A stretch of 64,000 bases of DNA from Azolla caroliniana (taxonomy: Eukaryota; Plantae; Polypodiophyta): assembly GCA_043228905.1 (NCBI GenBank), contig JBHGNT010000018.1, forward strand, positions 6,820,001 to 6,884,000, read 5' to 3'. This document shows, piece after piece, positions 13,401 to 28,100 of this stretch (within the stretch, counting starts at the first letter, position 1; every line of letters starts with the position of its first letter). A model generated the notes under the pieces. It saw only the letters and a list, made by a program, of their open reading frames with translations, did not search any database and was not told the origin of the DNA. The translations under genes and the position numbers were made by a program.

Positions 13401-15482
13401 TTCATGGTTCAACCACCCAGTTTCGAATCGATGAAACACTCAATAGAAGTCTGTCGACTCAAGAAGCCTTTATATGGCCTCAAGTAAAAACTGTGTGCTT
13501 GGCACTCGAAGATCACTCAATATCTTCACCAAATCAGCTTCCGAATGTCGAAATCGGACAACTCCTCATACATCCAAAACGAGTCGAACAACCCGATTGT
13601 CATCATCCTGTATGTGGATGATCTGGTCATCAGAGGAAAGGATCTCACCGAGATTAATAAGGTAAAATCGCTCCTATCCGACATATTTGAAATGAAAGAT
13701 ATGCACGAGCTCCATTACTTCCTCAGTATCGAAGTAATTCGGACACCAGTCAGGATATTGATCACACAACGGCATTACGTTCTCAACTTACTCTACAAGT
13801 TCGGAATAATCGAGTGCAAACCTGCGTCTACCCCTCTCGACCGTAATCTCAAGCTCGATATCGACTCCAGCACAACCGAGTGTGAGCCGACTCAATATCG
13901 ACAACTGATCGGAAGCCTAATCTATCTAACCATCACACAACCCGACCTCAGCTATTCAATTGGCCTACTAAGCCAATTCATGCAGAACCCACAAAATGAT
14001 CATCTCGATTGCGCTAAGAGGATACTTCGGTATGTTAGTACGACGATGGATTACGACATCATGTATAAGTCGAATACACTTATTCGACTCGAAGGGTACA
14101 CAAACGCGCACTGGGCAGGCTATAAGGCTGGTAGACGTTCAACCTCCGGATTCGTTTTCTCCCTTGGCAGTGGAGCAATCTTCCATAAGAAGCAGCTGAC
14201 AATCGCATTGTCAAGCATAGAGGCCGAATAAAAGGGCGCTGCAATCGCCGCATGTGAAGCCATATTGCTCAAGCACATACTGAAGGATCTGGGCGTACCC
14301 ATCAGGCATCCGATTCGCCTATACTACGACAACATGAGCAGTATCTACCTAGCTCGCAACCTTGTGTTCCACGCAGGGACTAAGCACATCGAAGTGCACT
14401 ACCACTTCATCCATGAGCGCGTTCCGGTGGGAGATGTCGATTTACATATCAACACGAATCTTCAGGTTGTTGACATCTTCACGAAAGCCATGGGTATCGG
14501 CAAGCTGCGATAGTTCGCGACGAACCTCGATCCCCGACCAGCCGAACTTGAGGGGGAGTACAGGAGTAGTCGACACCGAACATTAACCGATCACTTGATT
14601 GAAGCTGACTAGAGGAGTCAAAACGATGATAGTCATGCATGGAGTGATCGAAAGCCGAAAACCGATTTAGTAGAATAGAAGTATTTCAAAGATCAAAAAC
14701 CAATTCAGCAGAATCGAAGTATTTCAAAGACCAAAACGTAACAACTTTTCGTCATCTGGAAGTTGGTGTTCGACGGGGTGTGTTGAGAATCGAACTCAAC
14801 TTCCCATAGGAATGGTGTTCACACTAGGCAGTGGATAACTTACTAGGACATTTCTGTAATTAGTAGAAAGGGCATTTACCCTAGACTAGTTGGTATTTAA
14901 ACCAACCTTTTGTAACTGAGTAAACGTTGGATATAATATACAGTTTCTTGTATAGAACTCTCTCTGTCTCTCTCATTCTCTCGTCTCACGTGCACATACA
15001 CACAGATCCCTTCTGTTGCACAGAATCACACTCGATTCTTTACAAAACATGATATTTGGGTGACAAACGAAAGAGTTATGATCATTCCTTTTAGATTGTT
15101 TTTGGGTGGTCCGTTTTTTCTCTTTTTTACTTTTCTCCATGTCTCTTGCTTTTAGTTTGACTTCTCCTTAAGATCTTGGTTCGTGTTCTTGCCCTCCAAA
15201 TGTAAATGCTCCATACCTTATATTATTCTAATATTCAATGGCTTGAATTCTAAAAACACTTTCACACATAGCATCACTTGAAAGCTCTAAGAGATCTTCC
15301 TCATCCCATCTTTTGAACCATTTTTTGATGTCCACTACCTAACCAGATGACAAAAATTTGTTCTTATGATTCATTTGTTGTTTACATCCATCCAACATTC
15401 GAAGCAAGATGTCGTAATATATGGTTTGGCATATTCTTGACTTTTTTAATGGATCTATATACTCTTTGTAGCACCAATATCT

Positions 15483-16073
15483 TGTTAGGAAACAGGTCCC
15501 TCCGGATGGGAAGTGTGAACCGGATGACAAGTACCCGGCTACGGAAGACCCGGTGAGAACCGGATGAGGTGTGCCCGGCAAGCGCCGGATGATGCAGGCC
15601 CGGTGAGGAGTGCTCACCGGATGAAGGGACATATTTGTAAATATGTTTCTGAGAGTCCATCGGGATATATTTGTAAATAGCCGAAAAGTCATATTATTAT
15701 AAATATGACTTAGGGAAAACTTAGTGTAAGTGGTTGTCATTCTTGTTGGTTCAAGACTAGAGAGCTCGTAACAGTGTACAGAGAGAGAGAGAGAGAGGAA
15801 GAGGTTGTTGCCTCTGTTGTAACCGCCGTCTGTGGCGAAGATAGCAAGCTCGAGGTCGTGGCCTCGGTGCTTTCTTATTTGTACATTCTGACATAGTGAT
15901 AGTTTGCGGTCTGTGGGCTGCTGTGGTTTTTTCCCGAGTTTGGGTTTTTCACGTTAACATCATGTGTACTCTTCTCTTCATTGTGTCGTGCATTCATTCC
16001 CCATTTTCTGTGTTTTGATTCTAAGCTCGGTTGTGGCCGAGCGTTGTTCATCGGGAGCGTGTAGTTCCTGTCA
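15483..16073 (+). mobile_element. Solo LTR of the CCGG-rich Copia family (D/G/H type)
   Basis: TGTTAGG...CCTGTCA, TSD TATCT, homologous to the LTR at 19574-20280. Confidence 0.9.
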
Positions 16074-16479
16074 TATCTCTATAGGTTGAACACCTATTTC
16101 CAAGTGCATAACTTGATAGAAGGTGGTGGATTTTACTCCCAATTGTCTCCTTAAAAAGATCTTTTGAATATCCTCAATCTCATTCCATGCACGAAGAGAG
16201 ATTGTGCCTCCCCACACTTCTACTCCATAAGGAAAACTTGTGTTACCATGACATTAAATAGCATTAGTTTCACTTCCCATCCATGAGTATAATAACTTCT
16301 CCAACCTGCATAAAGTCTAGACTCAAATCATACTCTCCATTTATTTGTGGTAGGTACATCGATACCAAGATACTTAAACCTTTGTACAAATTGTACATGT
16401 TCTTCCTTGTATGTAAGCATCAAATATTCGTGAGGTTGGATGGTTCACACTACCATCATTTTTGTTTTATCCATATTTA

Positions 16480-17186
16480 TGTTAGGATTTTGTCCCTCCT
16501 AATGGGAGAAGTCAGTAGTGAAATGGGAGAAGTCGGCAGTTGACTTCAGGATGGTCAATTGGATCGACCAACGGGTCGATTTGGTGGTCAACCATTTGAA
16601 GGAAAGGGGGAGTCGACTGTGATAGTCGTAGTTGACTGTATTGGATAAATGATCCAAGTGAAACACTAGGTTGACTAATCGGGCCAGTTGGATGTTTGAA
16701 GGACAAGTCGACAATGGGAGTGGACTGGTTGGATTGACTAGACTGTCAACTTGTGGGTCGGACAGTCCAGTTGACCAGTCGACCAATTAAATATTATTAT
16801 AATAATAAATAATAACATATTTCCTTCTATAAATATGTTGAGTTAGGGCAAAACTTGTTGTAACGGTAGAAGGTGTAGGGCAGAATATATAGCAACACAA
16901 TGTGACAGAGAGAGTGTGTGAGGCGAGAGAGAGCGTGTGTGGCGGCACAATTTAGTGGAACTTGCCAAAACCCTAAGGGGTGAATACCCTGATCATCAGA
17001 GTCTTTGTACTTTGTTCCTTTTTTTCTTGTATCTCTATTCTATATTGAAATTTGTTGCCTTGTGGTTTTTCCCTATTTAGGGTTTTCATGTAAAATGTGT
17101 GTATTGTGTATTGTGTATTTTGGTGTTTTCTGTTTTTTACTTATTTCACATATCTTTCTCGTCCATCTATGGTCCTAATCTCAACA
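16480..17186 (+). mobile_element. Solo LTR
   Basis: TGTTAG...TCAACA termini, TSD ATTTA, TATA-like CTATAAATA at ~16827; interrupts the LINE RT. Confidence 0.8.
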
Positions 17187-18004
17187 ATTTACAGTTAGTC
17201 CACTACTTTAGCAAAATGCTTCTAATGCTCCAAGTATACGTTGCATACCATCAACATCATATGAAAAGATAACCTTGTAGTTCGCATATAAATGCAACTA
17301 AACTTGTTGCATTAGTTTTGGGGCATCTAATCCTTCTTCTCCTGCAACCCTATTAACCACTTCTTCCAATTTATGTATGCATAAACCAAAGAGTGTTGGT
17401 GATAATGGACTTCCTTGCTTAACCTCCATGTTACTTAAAAAGTGTTGTGAGAAACCATTCTCAATTTTCACTTGGCATTTAACTTGCTCATATAATCGTG
17501 CAATAGCAACTTGATACTCTAGTGGCATGCCAATTTCCCCCATTCTATTCCAAAGCTCTCTGCATGGTATTATATCAAATGTTTTTCTAAAATCAACAAA
17601 GCAATAATAGAGTGTCTTTCATTGTAGTCGACTTTCTTTCATAATTACCCTTAATGTAACAAGATGATCTACTGTGGAGTGCTTTGGTCTAAAACCTGCT
17701 TGGCCAAGTGCTCATTTGTTTTGACTTTCAGCCCATGCACTTACTGCTTGCTCCATGATAGTGCTATACAAATTAGCAATAATGGAACTCCCCATGATTG
17801 TATGATAATTTGATACTTTATTTTTATCTATTGCTTTAAAAAATGCCTTAATCTAGTTCATGAGCTAATCATTCGATAAACCTTGTTTAATAGCTTAATA
17901 TATGATGGACATGATCTAAGGACGAGTACTTGACATTGTCCATTTTAAGAGCTCACTTGTAATGGGAGTTACATCGACTTCTTTCCCATTAGCCATCTTC
18001 TTTG

Positions 18005-18855
18005 TGTCGAATACAGGTTCATAACATAGTTCCTAATATTCGCATACGTCCAATTTACTGGACGTACGCGAACGTTTGCAAACGTATGCATATGATACGC
18101 GATATTCGTTTGGCTTCCTTTTTTCTTTGACTTTTTTTGGGTTTTTTTAATTTTTGATATTCATAATTCTTTGTGAATAGATTATAGAAGTGACGTCTCA
18201 CACACACACTCTCTCTCACACACACACGAGAACTGACAGATCTTCTCTCTCTACAAAATCTAGATATCTAATATACATATTACACACTCCCTCACACAGA
18301 CAAAACCCATAGCTCCTCTCTGTCTCTGTCTCTCTCTCTTTCTCACACACACACACTATGTACACCATATACACCATATGTATATATCTATGTACCACAT
18401 ATGGATTTCAATCATACTTGGAGCCTTTTAACGTATGAGTATGATACGAATATTGGCGTTTGAGTATGACACGAATGTCCCGTATGGCTAGAACTATGGT
18501 TCATAATGGAAGTATTCACACTGTCCCATTGGACAAACTAGGTTTAGGCCATATTTGTAAATATTGGGAAGGGTAGTTGCACTAGGTCAGTTAGTATTTA
18601 AACTGACCTTTGTAACCTAGTTAAATGTTGTTGATGTTGTTGTTGCCATTGTAACTCTCTGAGATAATAATACAATTACTTCTGTGCCTCTCGGTTTCTC
18701 TCTCTCTCTCTCATACATTCTCTCTCTTTGATCTTGATCTTTGTGAAGTTGTCTCTGGTTCTAATATGTTAAATCAACTCCTTCATCTTCGACTTGGTGT
18801 TCTTCATCTCATGATGTTGTTCTTGTTTCCACAACTGACAGCCTTCCCTACAACA
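18005..18855 (+). mobile_element. Solo LTR containing a hAT MITE
   Basis: TGTCG...CAACA termini, TSD CTTTG; internal GTATTTAAAC.GACCTTTGTAAC motif resembles the A/B LTRs. Confidence 0.75.
18025..18498. mobile_element. Non-autonomous hAT-type DNA transposon (MITE)
   Basis: TIR CATAGTTC/GAACTATG, perfect 8-bp TSD GTTCATAA, subterminal TATTCG/ATACG repeats. Confidence 0.85.
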
Positions 18856-19573
18856 CTTTGTTCCCTTATTCCTTTATAAAATCACCTTTGATATCTTCCT
18901 TTCTACCATTGAGTTGTCTCCATGCTAGGCTTGGTTGGAGCTTAAACAACCTTTTTTCTTTCTTTCTTGCATTTAGAAGCATTGCCTTTTCTTTCTCCTC
19001 ACTACCTTCTTATACTGGCGTCGTACCATGACCCATTCACTTTCCCCTTTCGCAAACTTATATAGTTTGAGATATATCTTACATTCCTCATCAAACCAAG
19101 AATTACATGGGAAAGTAGAACTTTTATGTCCACCAGCACAATTTTGAAAGTGTTGATATCCTACCTCAAGGTTGACATCTTTCAAGTGTTTCTGATTTTC
19201 TTTAACATCATTACCTAAAGAGAGTGTTGACAAATGGTTCTCAACTTCTTTTGCATATATCATAGCTTTATTGTAACAAGGTCAAATGATGTATCTTCTT
19301 TCCTCTTTCACTTTACCACATTTGTTGATAGAGTGTAAGAGTGTAAGGTCCAAGTACAAGGGCTTATGGTTCGAGTCCGAGGATAGAGCAATGATCTTAT
19401 ATGTATTCACCATGGATAGATCACATACATGCCTTCAAAAATACATAATCTACTACACTTCATCCACTTGGGGTAGTAAACATGTGAGTACATTTGTCAA
19501 AGGAAAAACATTTATACCATTCAAGACAATCAAATTTGTGCAATCAAGCATATGCATAAGAATTCGTCCATAA

Positions 19574-22345
19574 TGTTGGGAGACAGGTCCCTCCGGATGG
19601 TGTAGACCCGGTGAGAACTGGATGAGGAGTACCCGGTTACGGAGAGCCGGATGGGGAGTACCCGGCTGCGGAGAGCCGGATGGTGCAGACCCGGTGAGAA
19701 CCGGATGAGGTGTACCCGGCTACGAAGAGTCGGATGGTGCAGACCCAGTGAGAACCGGATGAGGAGTACCCGGCTACGGAGAGCCGGATGGTGCAGACCC
19801 GGTGAGGAGTGCTCACCGGTTGAAGAGACATATTCGTAAATATGTTTCTGAGAGTCCATCGAGGCTATATTTGTAAATAGTCGAAAAGTCATATTAGTAT
19901 AAATATGACTTAGGGCAAACCTTTTGATGTAGTTGTTGTCATTTCTTGTTGGTGCAAGAAAAGAGAGAGAGCGTAACTATGTACAGAGAGAGAGAGAGAG
20001 AGAGAAAGAGGTCGTTGCCTCTGTTGTAACCGCCGTCTGTGGCGAGGATCATGAGCACGAGGTTGTTGCCTCTGTGAACTAACTGTTGTACATTCTAACA
20101 TAGTGATAATTTGCAGCCTGTGGGCTGCCGTGGTTTTTCCCCTTAGATTGGGTTTTCCACGTAAACATCCTGTGTACACTTCTCTTCACTGTGTCGTACA
20201 TTTATTTCCCGTTTTCTGTGCATGATTCTAAGCTCGGTTGTGGCCGAGCGTTGCGTATAGGGAGCGTGTTGTTCCTGACAAGTGGTATCAGAGCGAAACG
20301 ACACAGAAAATGGACAAATCGTTTGGCGTCATGTTCAAGCTCACCGGCTCCAACTATTCAGTGTGGAAGTCGAAGATGAGGGACATGCTCGTGGTTAAAG
20401 ACCTCTGGCTGCCGGTTCAGTTTGGGGACAAGAGACCGGACAAAATCGACGTCGCGATATGGGAGGTGATGCACATGAAGACAACGGCGTACATACGGTG
20501 CTTCATCGACATGAGCCTATACAACAACTTAAATGAAGAGAGCAAGGCTCATGAGCTCTAGGAGAAGATCGGCATAATGTTTCAAAACAAAAATGTTGTT
20601 AATCAGGTTTCGGTATTCCGGAAGCTAGTAAGACTCCGGTACCAAGATGGCTCCAGCATGGCGGAGCACATGAATGCCTTCTAGGGGCTGATCCACTAGG
20701 CAACTTCATTGGAAGTACCTCTCGCCGATGAGGTACTAGCGTTACTCCTACTCGGTTCCCTCCCGGATAGCTGGGAGACGTTGGTTGTCACTTTGGGCAA
20801 CGCCGGGTCGGAAGGAAAGCGGTTATCCCTAGCAAGAGTAAAGTCGAGCTTGCTAGATGAGGAGGCGCGTCTGAAAGATAAAGATACGAGCTCCGACTCC
20901 AAAGCGCTCCTTACCGAATCGGAACGCGGAAGACAAAGAAACCGTAGTCCCTAGAACCGGGAGAAGTCGGGGACACGGTCAAAGTCAAGGGGGAGGCCCA
21001 CTTGCTTCTATTGCGGCAAGTCGGGACACTTCCAGAAGAACTTTCGGCATTTCCGAAAGGACAAGGAAACCGACGGTACCGATTCGAAGCGGATACCGAA
21101 CCGGAACGGTAAAGACCGGAGGGGGCCGGACCGGAAGGGGACGACGGCAATCGCAGCAAGTGAAGAAGAGTTGATGCTCATCACCGAGGAGAGTGAGATA
21201 AACCTTGCCGGCGATGAGATGACTTGGGTGGTCAACTCCGGAGCGTCGTTCCACCTTACCCCGGACCGGAAATGCTTCTCATCCTACTCAGCCGGTGATC
21301 ACGGCTGTGTCCGGATGGGGAATGAAGGTACATGCCGAATTGTCGGCATAGGAGACATGTGGCTGACAACACCAACCGGATGCAAGTTGCTGCTGAAGGA
21401 TGTCTGACACGTTCCGACGGTTCGTCTGAACCTGATATCAGCCGGTCGGCTAGATGATGAAGGTTACACGGGTAGCATCCGGAACGGTGTCAGGAAGTTC
21501 AGCAAAGGGAGCCTGATTGTGGCTAGGGCCCGGAAGGTAAACACACTGTACCTGATGAATCCCCGGTTATGTCCGGAAGAAGTGAACCTGGCATCTGACA
21601 CTGCCGGTGAGCTGTGGCACAAGAGACTGCAGGCTATCCGGTAAGCAAAGCCCGAAGACAAAAGCAGAGAAGGCGGATATGATGAAGATTCCATATGCCT
21701 CAGCCATCGGGAGCTTGATGTACGCAATGGTGTGTACCCGACCGGATATAGGATACGCAGTCGGAGTGGTGAGCCGGTTTATGAGCAATCCCGGCAAGGA
21801 GCACTGGAACGCGGTCAAATGGATACTCCGGTATTTGAAGGGCACTTCAAATATATGTCTCCGATTCGGCTCCGGAAAACCTCAACTTGACGGTTTCACC
21901 GATTCGGACATGTCGGCTGATGTGGATACCAGCCGGTCTACATCCAGGTATGTAATGACATATGCAGGGGGAGCTGTCTCGTGGCAGTCGAGTCTGCAGA
22001 AGACGGTTGCATTGTCAACCACGGAGGCGGAGTACATGGCGGAGTAATTGTGTACAGAGAGAGAGAGAGAAAGAGGTCGTTGCCTCTGTTGTAACCGCCG
22101 TTTGTGGCGAGGATCGTGAGCGTGAGGTTGTTGCCTCCGTGAACTCACTGTTGTACATTCTAACATAGTGATAGTTTGCAGCCTGTGGGCTGCCGTGGTT
22201 TTTCCCCTTAGTTTGGGTTTTCCACGTAAACATCCTGTGTACACTTCTCTTCACTGTGTCGTGCATTTATTTCCCGTTTTCTGTGCATGATTCTAAGCTC
22301 GGTTGTGGCCGAGCGTTGCGTATAGGGAGCGTGTTGTTCCTGACA
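19574..22345 (+). mobile_element. Ty1/Copia element D (Tnt1/Tork-like), two internal deletions
   Basis: 5' LTR 19574-20280 with 54-bp repeats; PBS TGGTATCAGAGC at 20283; gag-PR; deletion at ~21625 (WHKRL joined to RT C-terminus); second deletion at ~22044 into a partial 3' LTR; TSD CATAA. Confidence 0.9.
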
Positions 22346-24481
22346 CATAATTTGTCACAATGCAATCCTTTGAGTCACATAATAGACAAGGATCAAATAT
22401 CTCCATATTTTGGTATTTTCCAACTCTAACATTAAAGTCTCCCATAATCAATACTTTACCAAGCTTCTAAAAAACATGTCTTCATATAAATCCGAGAAAG
22501 GATCATCATGTTCCAACCCAAATCTATGAAGAGAAATGCGCGGAATATTGCTCGGCCACAACCGAGTAGTAAGTCACTTCTATAAGAATCAAACACAGAA
22601 ATGGGATGTGGAGAGTACACAAGAAAAATGACACTAGATGTTTACGTGGAAAAACCCTAATAGGGAAAAACCATGGGAGCCCACAAACTTTGAACTAACA
22701 CTATGAAGAGAAGGGGTACAATTAGAGACTCGGACGGAGGCAACGACCTCGAGCTCTGTTTCTTCACACAGTGGCGGTTACAACAGAGTATTGCTCTATC
22801 TCTCTCTCTCTCTCCCTCTCACACTCTCTGTACAACAATTATAGTAATATATCAACAACACAATCATGCTCACACCTTTAATGTGATTGCCCTAAGTCAT
22901 ATTTATAGCTATATGAACTTAGGGCTATTTACAAATATAGCCTCAATGGGCTTATTCAAGACATATTTACAAATCTGTCTTCTCTTCCGGTTCTCACCGG
23001 TTCTCCTCCGGTTTCTGGATCTCTTCCTGTTCTCACCGTGTTCTCTTTATTCATCGCCGGATCCCATCCAGAGAGACCGATTTCCCAACAATCTCCCCCT
23101 TCACTCCGGTATGGGATGTCTTGTAAGTCCGATCCGCTTCCAACATGCGTCCAGCTTGTCGGGTGTCAGCACCTTGGTCAGCATATCCGACTCGTTCTCC
23201 TTCGTGTGGATCTTCGTCAGCACGAACTCTCGATCTTCAACTCACTCTCGGATCCAGTGGTACCTACGCTGGATGTGCTTCGTTTTGGAATGGTATGCCG
23301 CGTTCTTTGCAAGGTGCATGGCACTTTGACTGCCGCAGTAGAGCAGGCATTCCTCTTGCCGGATCCCTAGCTCTCTGATGAAGTCCTTCATCCATAATAT
23401 TTCCTTGCCGGCTTCCACGGCTGCCATGTACTCTGCCTCCGTGGTTGACAACGCAACCATCTTCTACAGCCTCGACTGCCACGAAACGGCTCCACCTGCA
23501 TAGGTCATGACATATCCGGAATTTGACCGGTTGGTGTCCACATCAGCCGACATATCCGAATCGGTAAAGCCTTCCATGAGGGGTTTACCGGAGCCGAATC
23601 GGAGGCACATACTCGAAGTGCCCTTTAAGTACCGGAGTATCCATTTTACCGCATTCCAGTGCTCTTTTCCGGGGTTGGTCATGAACTGACTCACCACTCC
23701 GACTGCGTATCCAATATCCGGTCGAGTACACACCATTGCGTACATCAAGCTCCCGACCGTAGAGGCATATGGAATCATCATCATATCGGCCTTCTCTGCC
23801 TTTGTCTTCGGTCTTTGTTTACCGGATAGTCTGTAGTTTGCCGGGAGTGTCGATCCAACCGGTTTTGCTTCTAACATGTTAAACCGCTGAAGCACCTTTG
23901 TCACATACTTTTTCTGTGACAGCCACAATTGCTTCTTCGACCGGTCCCGGATGATGTGCATCCCCAGTATCTGTCTTGCCGGACCCAAGTCTTTCATTGA
24001 GAAGGTCCGGTTAAGGGCCTTCTTCAGCATCTGTATCTTGACTTGGTCTCGTCCGACAATCAACATGTCGTCCATGTATAGGAGCAATATCAGGAAATCT
24101 CCTCCATCAAATTTCTTCACAAACACGCAGTGATCGGCTTGCGTCTTGTGATACCCTTGATCGGTCATGAAGGAGTCAAACTTCCGGTACCATTGCCGGG
24201 GAGCTTGCTTCAGTCCATATAAGCTCGTCTTCAGTCGACACACCAGGTGCTCCTTTCCTTTCTTCTCAAAACCTTCCGGTTGATGCATGTAGATCTCTTC
24301 TTCGAGGTCTCCGTGTAGGAATGTCGTATTGACATCCAGTTGCTCTACCTCGAGGTCCATGCTTGCTGCTATGCCCAATACCATCTGGATGAATGTCATC
24401 TTTACTACCGGGGCAAAGATTGTTGGGATTACGGTCCCTCCGGATGGGATGTCCGGAGATGAATGACGGCAAGCCCGGTTG

Positions 24482-24672
24482 CGGTTACGGAGCCGGATGA
24501 TGAAGACCCCGGTTACGGAACCGGATGATGAAGACCCCGGTTACGGAGCCGGATGATGAAGACCCCGGTTACGGAACCGGATGATGAAGACCCCGGTTAC
24601 GGAACCGGATGATGAAGACCCCGGTTACGGAGCCGGATGATGAAGACCCCGGTTACGGAACCGGATGATGAA
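24482..24672 (+). repeat. Tandem array of seven 28-bp units (CCGGTTACGGARCCGGATGATGAAGACC) in U3 of LTR F; repeated at ~29324-29514
   Basis: Seen directly; the variable position runs G,A,G,A,A,G,A in both LTRs. Confidence 0.95.
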
Positions 24673-25175
24673 TGTACCCGGAGAGAGATCCGGATGCGGA
24701 GACATATTTGTGAATATGTTTGCCAAGAGCCCTTGAGGCTATATTTGTAAATAGCCCGAAAGTCATATGTGTATAAATATGACTTAGGGCAAACAGTTTT
24801 ACGTTGTTGCTCATTGTCTGTTTTTCCACTTAGAGGGAGCGAAGTGAGAGCAGCCGAGAGAGAGAGAGAGAGAAACGAAGAGGTCGACGCCTCTGTGTAA
24901 TACCGCCGCCTGTGGCGAGGACAGCGAGCTCAAGGTTGTTGCCTTGTAGCCTCGCCATTGTATATTCCAGTGTATAGTGGTAGTTGGAGTCGTGCACTCC
25001 CGTGGTTTTTCCCGTTTAGGGTTTTCCACGTTATACCCTGTGTATTCATCTCTCTGTGTCTTTGTTTTCATTTTTCTGCTGCATTGATCCGTGTTGTCTC
25101 GGTTGTGGCCGAGAGGCGAAAGAATTGATAGCGTCAAAGCTTTACAAAGTGGTATCAGAGCGACTGTTGCAGAAA

Positions 25176-28100
25176 ATGGAAGGCGGCGGCAGCGGGCAGC
25201 CGATGATGATGGTGCTGAATGCACAGAATTACGCCGACTGGAAGATCAAGATGGAGGATCTTCTGATTGTTCGGGACCTGTACGAACCGATTGACAGGTC
25301 GGAAATACCGAAAGGGGTACTTGAGTCGGAGTGGAAGCTCCTGAACCGGAAAGCCGTAGCAACGATCCGACAATACGTCGATGTAAGCGTCCTACAACAT
25401 GTGGCGAACGACACCAATGCATACGAGATGTGGAAGAAGCTGTCGGGCCTCTATGAGAGGAAGAATGCGTTGAACCGGACCTCCCTGATGAGGAAGATTG
25501 TGAATCTCAAGTACCGGGACGGCGAGAGTATGGTGGAACACGTAAGCACGTTCATGGGATTCGTGAACCAGCTTGCGGCGATCAAGTTCCCGTTGGAGGA
25601 TGCAATGCAAGCCATCATCCTGATGTGTACATTGCCGGACAGCTGGGAGAACTTGGTGGTGACTCTCAGCACCTCCTGCACAGAAGACAACTTGTCCCTA
25701 CAAACGGTAAAGACAAGTATTCTAAATGAAGAAGCGCGTCGGAGAGATAAAGAACCGGCCTCCGACTCGAAGGCGCTGCTTACCGAATCGGAACGGGGAA
25801 GACACTGGAACCGGAGTCCGCAAAGACGGGAGAAGTCGGGGACCCGGTCGCAGTCAAGAGGAAGACCCATTTGCTTCCACTGTGGGAAGCCGGGGCACTT
25901 CCGGAAAAATTGTCGGCATTACCGAAAGGACAACGGAGCCGACGACACCGATTCGAAGAAATCACCGGAGAGAAACGGTGCATACCGGGGAGCCACGGAC
26001 CGGAGAGGTCCGGATCGGCGAGGGCAGGACCGGAAAGGAACGACGGCACTCGCGGCAAGTGAAGAAGAGATAATGCTCATTACCGAAGAGAGGGAGCTGA
26101 ACCTTGCCGGCGTAGAGATGACCTGGGTGGTCGATTCCGGAGCGTCGTTCCACCTGACCCCGGAGAAGAAATACTTCTCATCCTACACAGCCGGTGAGCA
26201 CGGCTGTGTCCGGATGGGAAATGAAGGTACGTGCCGGATAGCCGGCATAGGAGACGTGTGGCTGATGACATCAACCGGATGCAAGATGCTGTTGAAGGAT
26301 GTGCGACACGTTCCGGAGGTCCGATTGAACCTGATCTCGGCCGGGAGGCTAGATGATGAAGGCTACACGGGTAGCATCCGGAACGGCGTAATGAAGTTCA
26401 GCAAGGGGAGCCTGATAGTGGCTCGGGCCCGGAAGGTCAACACTCTGTACCTGATGAATGCCCGGTTATGTCCGGAAGAGCTGAATGTAGCAGCCGACAC
26501 TGCCGGTGAGCTGTGGCACAAAAGACTGTGCCACATGAGTGAGAAGGGGATGAAGAGGCTTGCAGAAGACAACCTTATTCCAGTGAAGCATGTGCACCTG
26601 GAGAAGTGCACCGACTGCCTGGCCGGTAAGCAAAACCGGACCTCCTTCCACTCAAGGCCACCGACGAGACGTAGCGCACCCTTGGAGCTGGTGCACACTG
26701 ATGTGTGTCAGGTAGAAACGAAGTCACATGGCGGAGCCCAGTACTTCGTGACATTCATTGATGATCACAGCCGGAAGCTGTGGACGGCACCGTTGAAGAC
26801 AAAGGACCAAGTATTGTCCGTCTTCAAAGAACTCCACGCGAGAGTGGAAAGGGAATCCGGCAAGAAGCTGAAAGCGATACGAGCGGATAACGGAGGGGAA
26901 TACCGGGGGCAGTTCCAGGAGTACTGCCGCTCGAAGGGAATCCGGCTCGAGTTTACTGTGCCGAAGACGCCGGAACTGAACGGGCTGGCCGAGAGGATGA
27001 ATCGGACCATAATGGAGAGGGTCCGGAGTATGCTAGCGCATGCGAAACTACCCAAGGGATTTTGGGCTGAGGCAATGTCGACGGCGACGTATGTGATAAA
27101 TAGATCACCCTCAGTACCTTTGGACGGAGACACGCCGCAGAAAGTGTGGACCGGTAAGGAAGTGTCCTACCGGCATCTGAAGGTGTTCGGGTGTCTCACA
27201 TACGTGCATGTGGCAAAGGACCGGAGAGGAAAGTTAGATCCAAAGACCCGGCCATGCATATTCCTCGGTTACGGCGACGACGAGTTTGGCTACCGAGTAT
27301 GGGACCCGGTCGACAAGAAGATATTCAGGAGTCGAGATATCATTTTCATGGAGGACAAGACGCTCGCCGACTGGGAGTCGGAGAAGAAGATGAAGAGCTC
27401 CAAGTCGACCGGTGAGGATAAACTCTACGAGGAGCAGTCCCGACCGGCAAGGGACCGGTTAACACTCGAAGACCCGGCCGAAGACGGTGAAGAAACAGAA
27501 CCGGCTGAAGAGGATGAAAATGATACCGGAACCGGCCCCGATCCCGAAATGGATTCGGATGAAGAAGAAGAATCGGAAGAACCGGTTACCGAAGCTCCCG
27601 AACGGAGATATCCTCTAAGAGAGAGAAGGGCCCCCCGGAGATTTCCGGAACCAGAGCACGTGCTGCTAACCGACGAGGGGGAGCCGGAGAGCTTTGAAGA
27701 AGCAAAGCACGACACCCAGAGCCGCAGGTGGTTAAGTGCCATGCAGGACGAGATGGATTCCCTGCATGAGAACCACACATATGAACTTGTGGAGTTGCCG
27801 AAAGGAAAGCGGGCACTTCGAAACAAGTGGGTGTTCAAGCTGAAACCGGGAGATGCCGGAAACCCCCCGAGATACAAAGCCCGGATCGTGGTGAAGGGGT
27901 TTCAGCAGAAGAAGGGCGTCGACTTCGACGAGATATTTGCCCCGGTAGTGAAGATGACCTCCATCCGGACGGTGCTGAGCATAGCGGCAAGCATGGACCT
28001 CGAGGTAGAACAGATGGACGTGAAGACGGCATTCCTTCACGGTGACCTCGAAGAAGAGATCTACATGCAGCAACCGGAAGGATTCGAGAAGAAAGGGAAG

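Larger units (their letters stand above)
1350..15044 (+). mobile_element. Ty1/Copia element A (degenerate), hosting nested elements B and C
   Basis: LTRs start TGTTGAGAATC at 1350 and 14781; the 3' LTR ends TTTACA at 15044; TSD AAACA (1345-1349 / 15045-15049). Broken gag-PR-INT at 1660-3177, resuming at 12084 with INT, RT (LYVDD) and RNase H up to ~14550. The 5' LTR lacks its U5/PBS by deletion. Confidence 0.9.

Noticed and set aside
24482-24672. 28-bp repeats resembling a CRISPR array
   Set aside because: Head-to-tail units with no unique spacers, inside eukaryotic LTRs, and no cas genes.
25056-25175. 40-aa N-terminal extension of the F polyprotein
   Set aside because: Non-ATG start inside the LTR that crosses the PBS; the ATG at 25176 is the plausible start.
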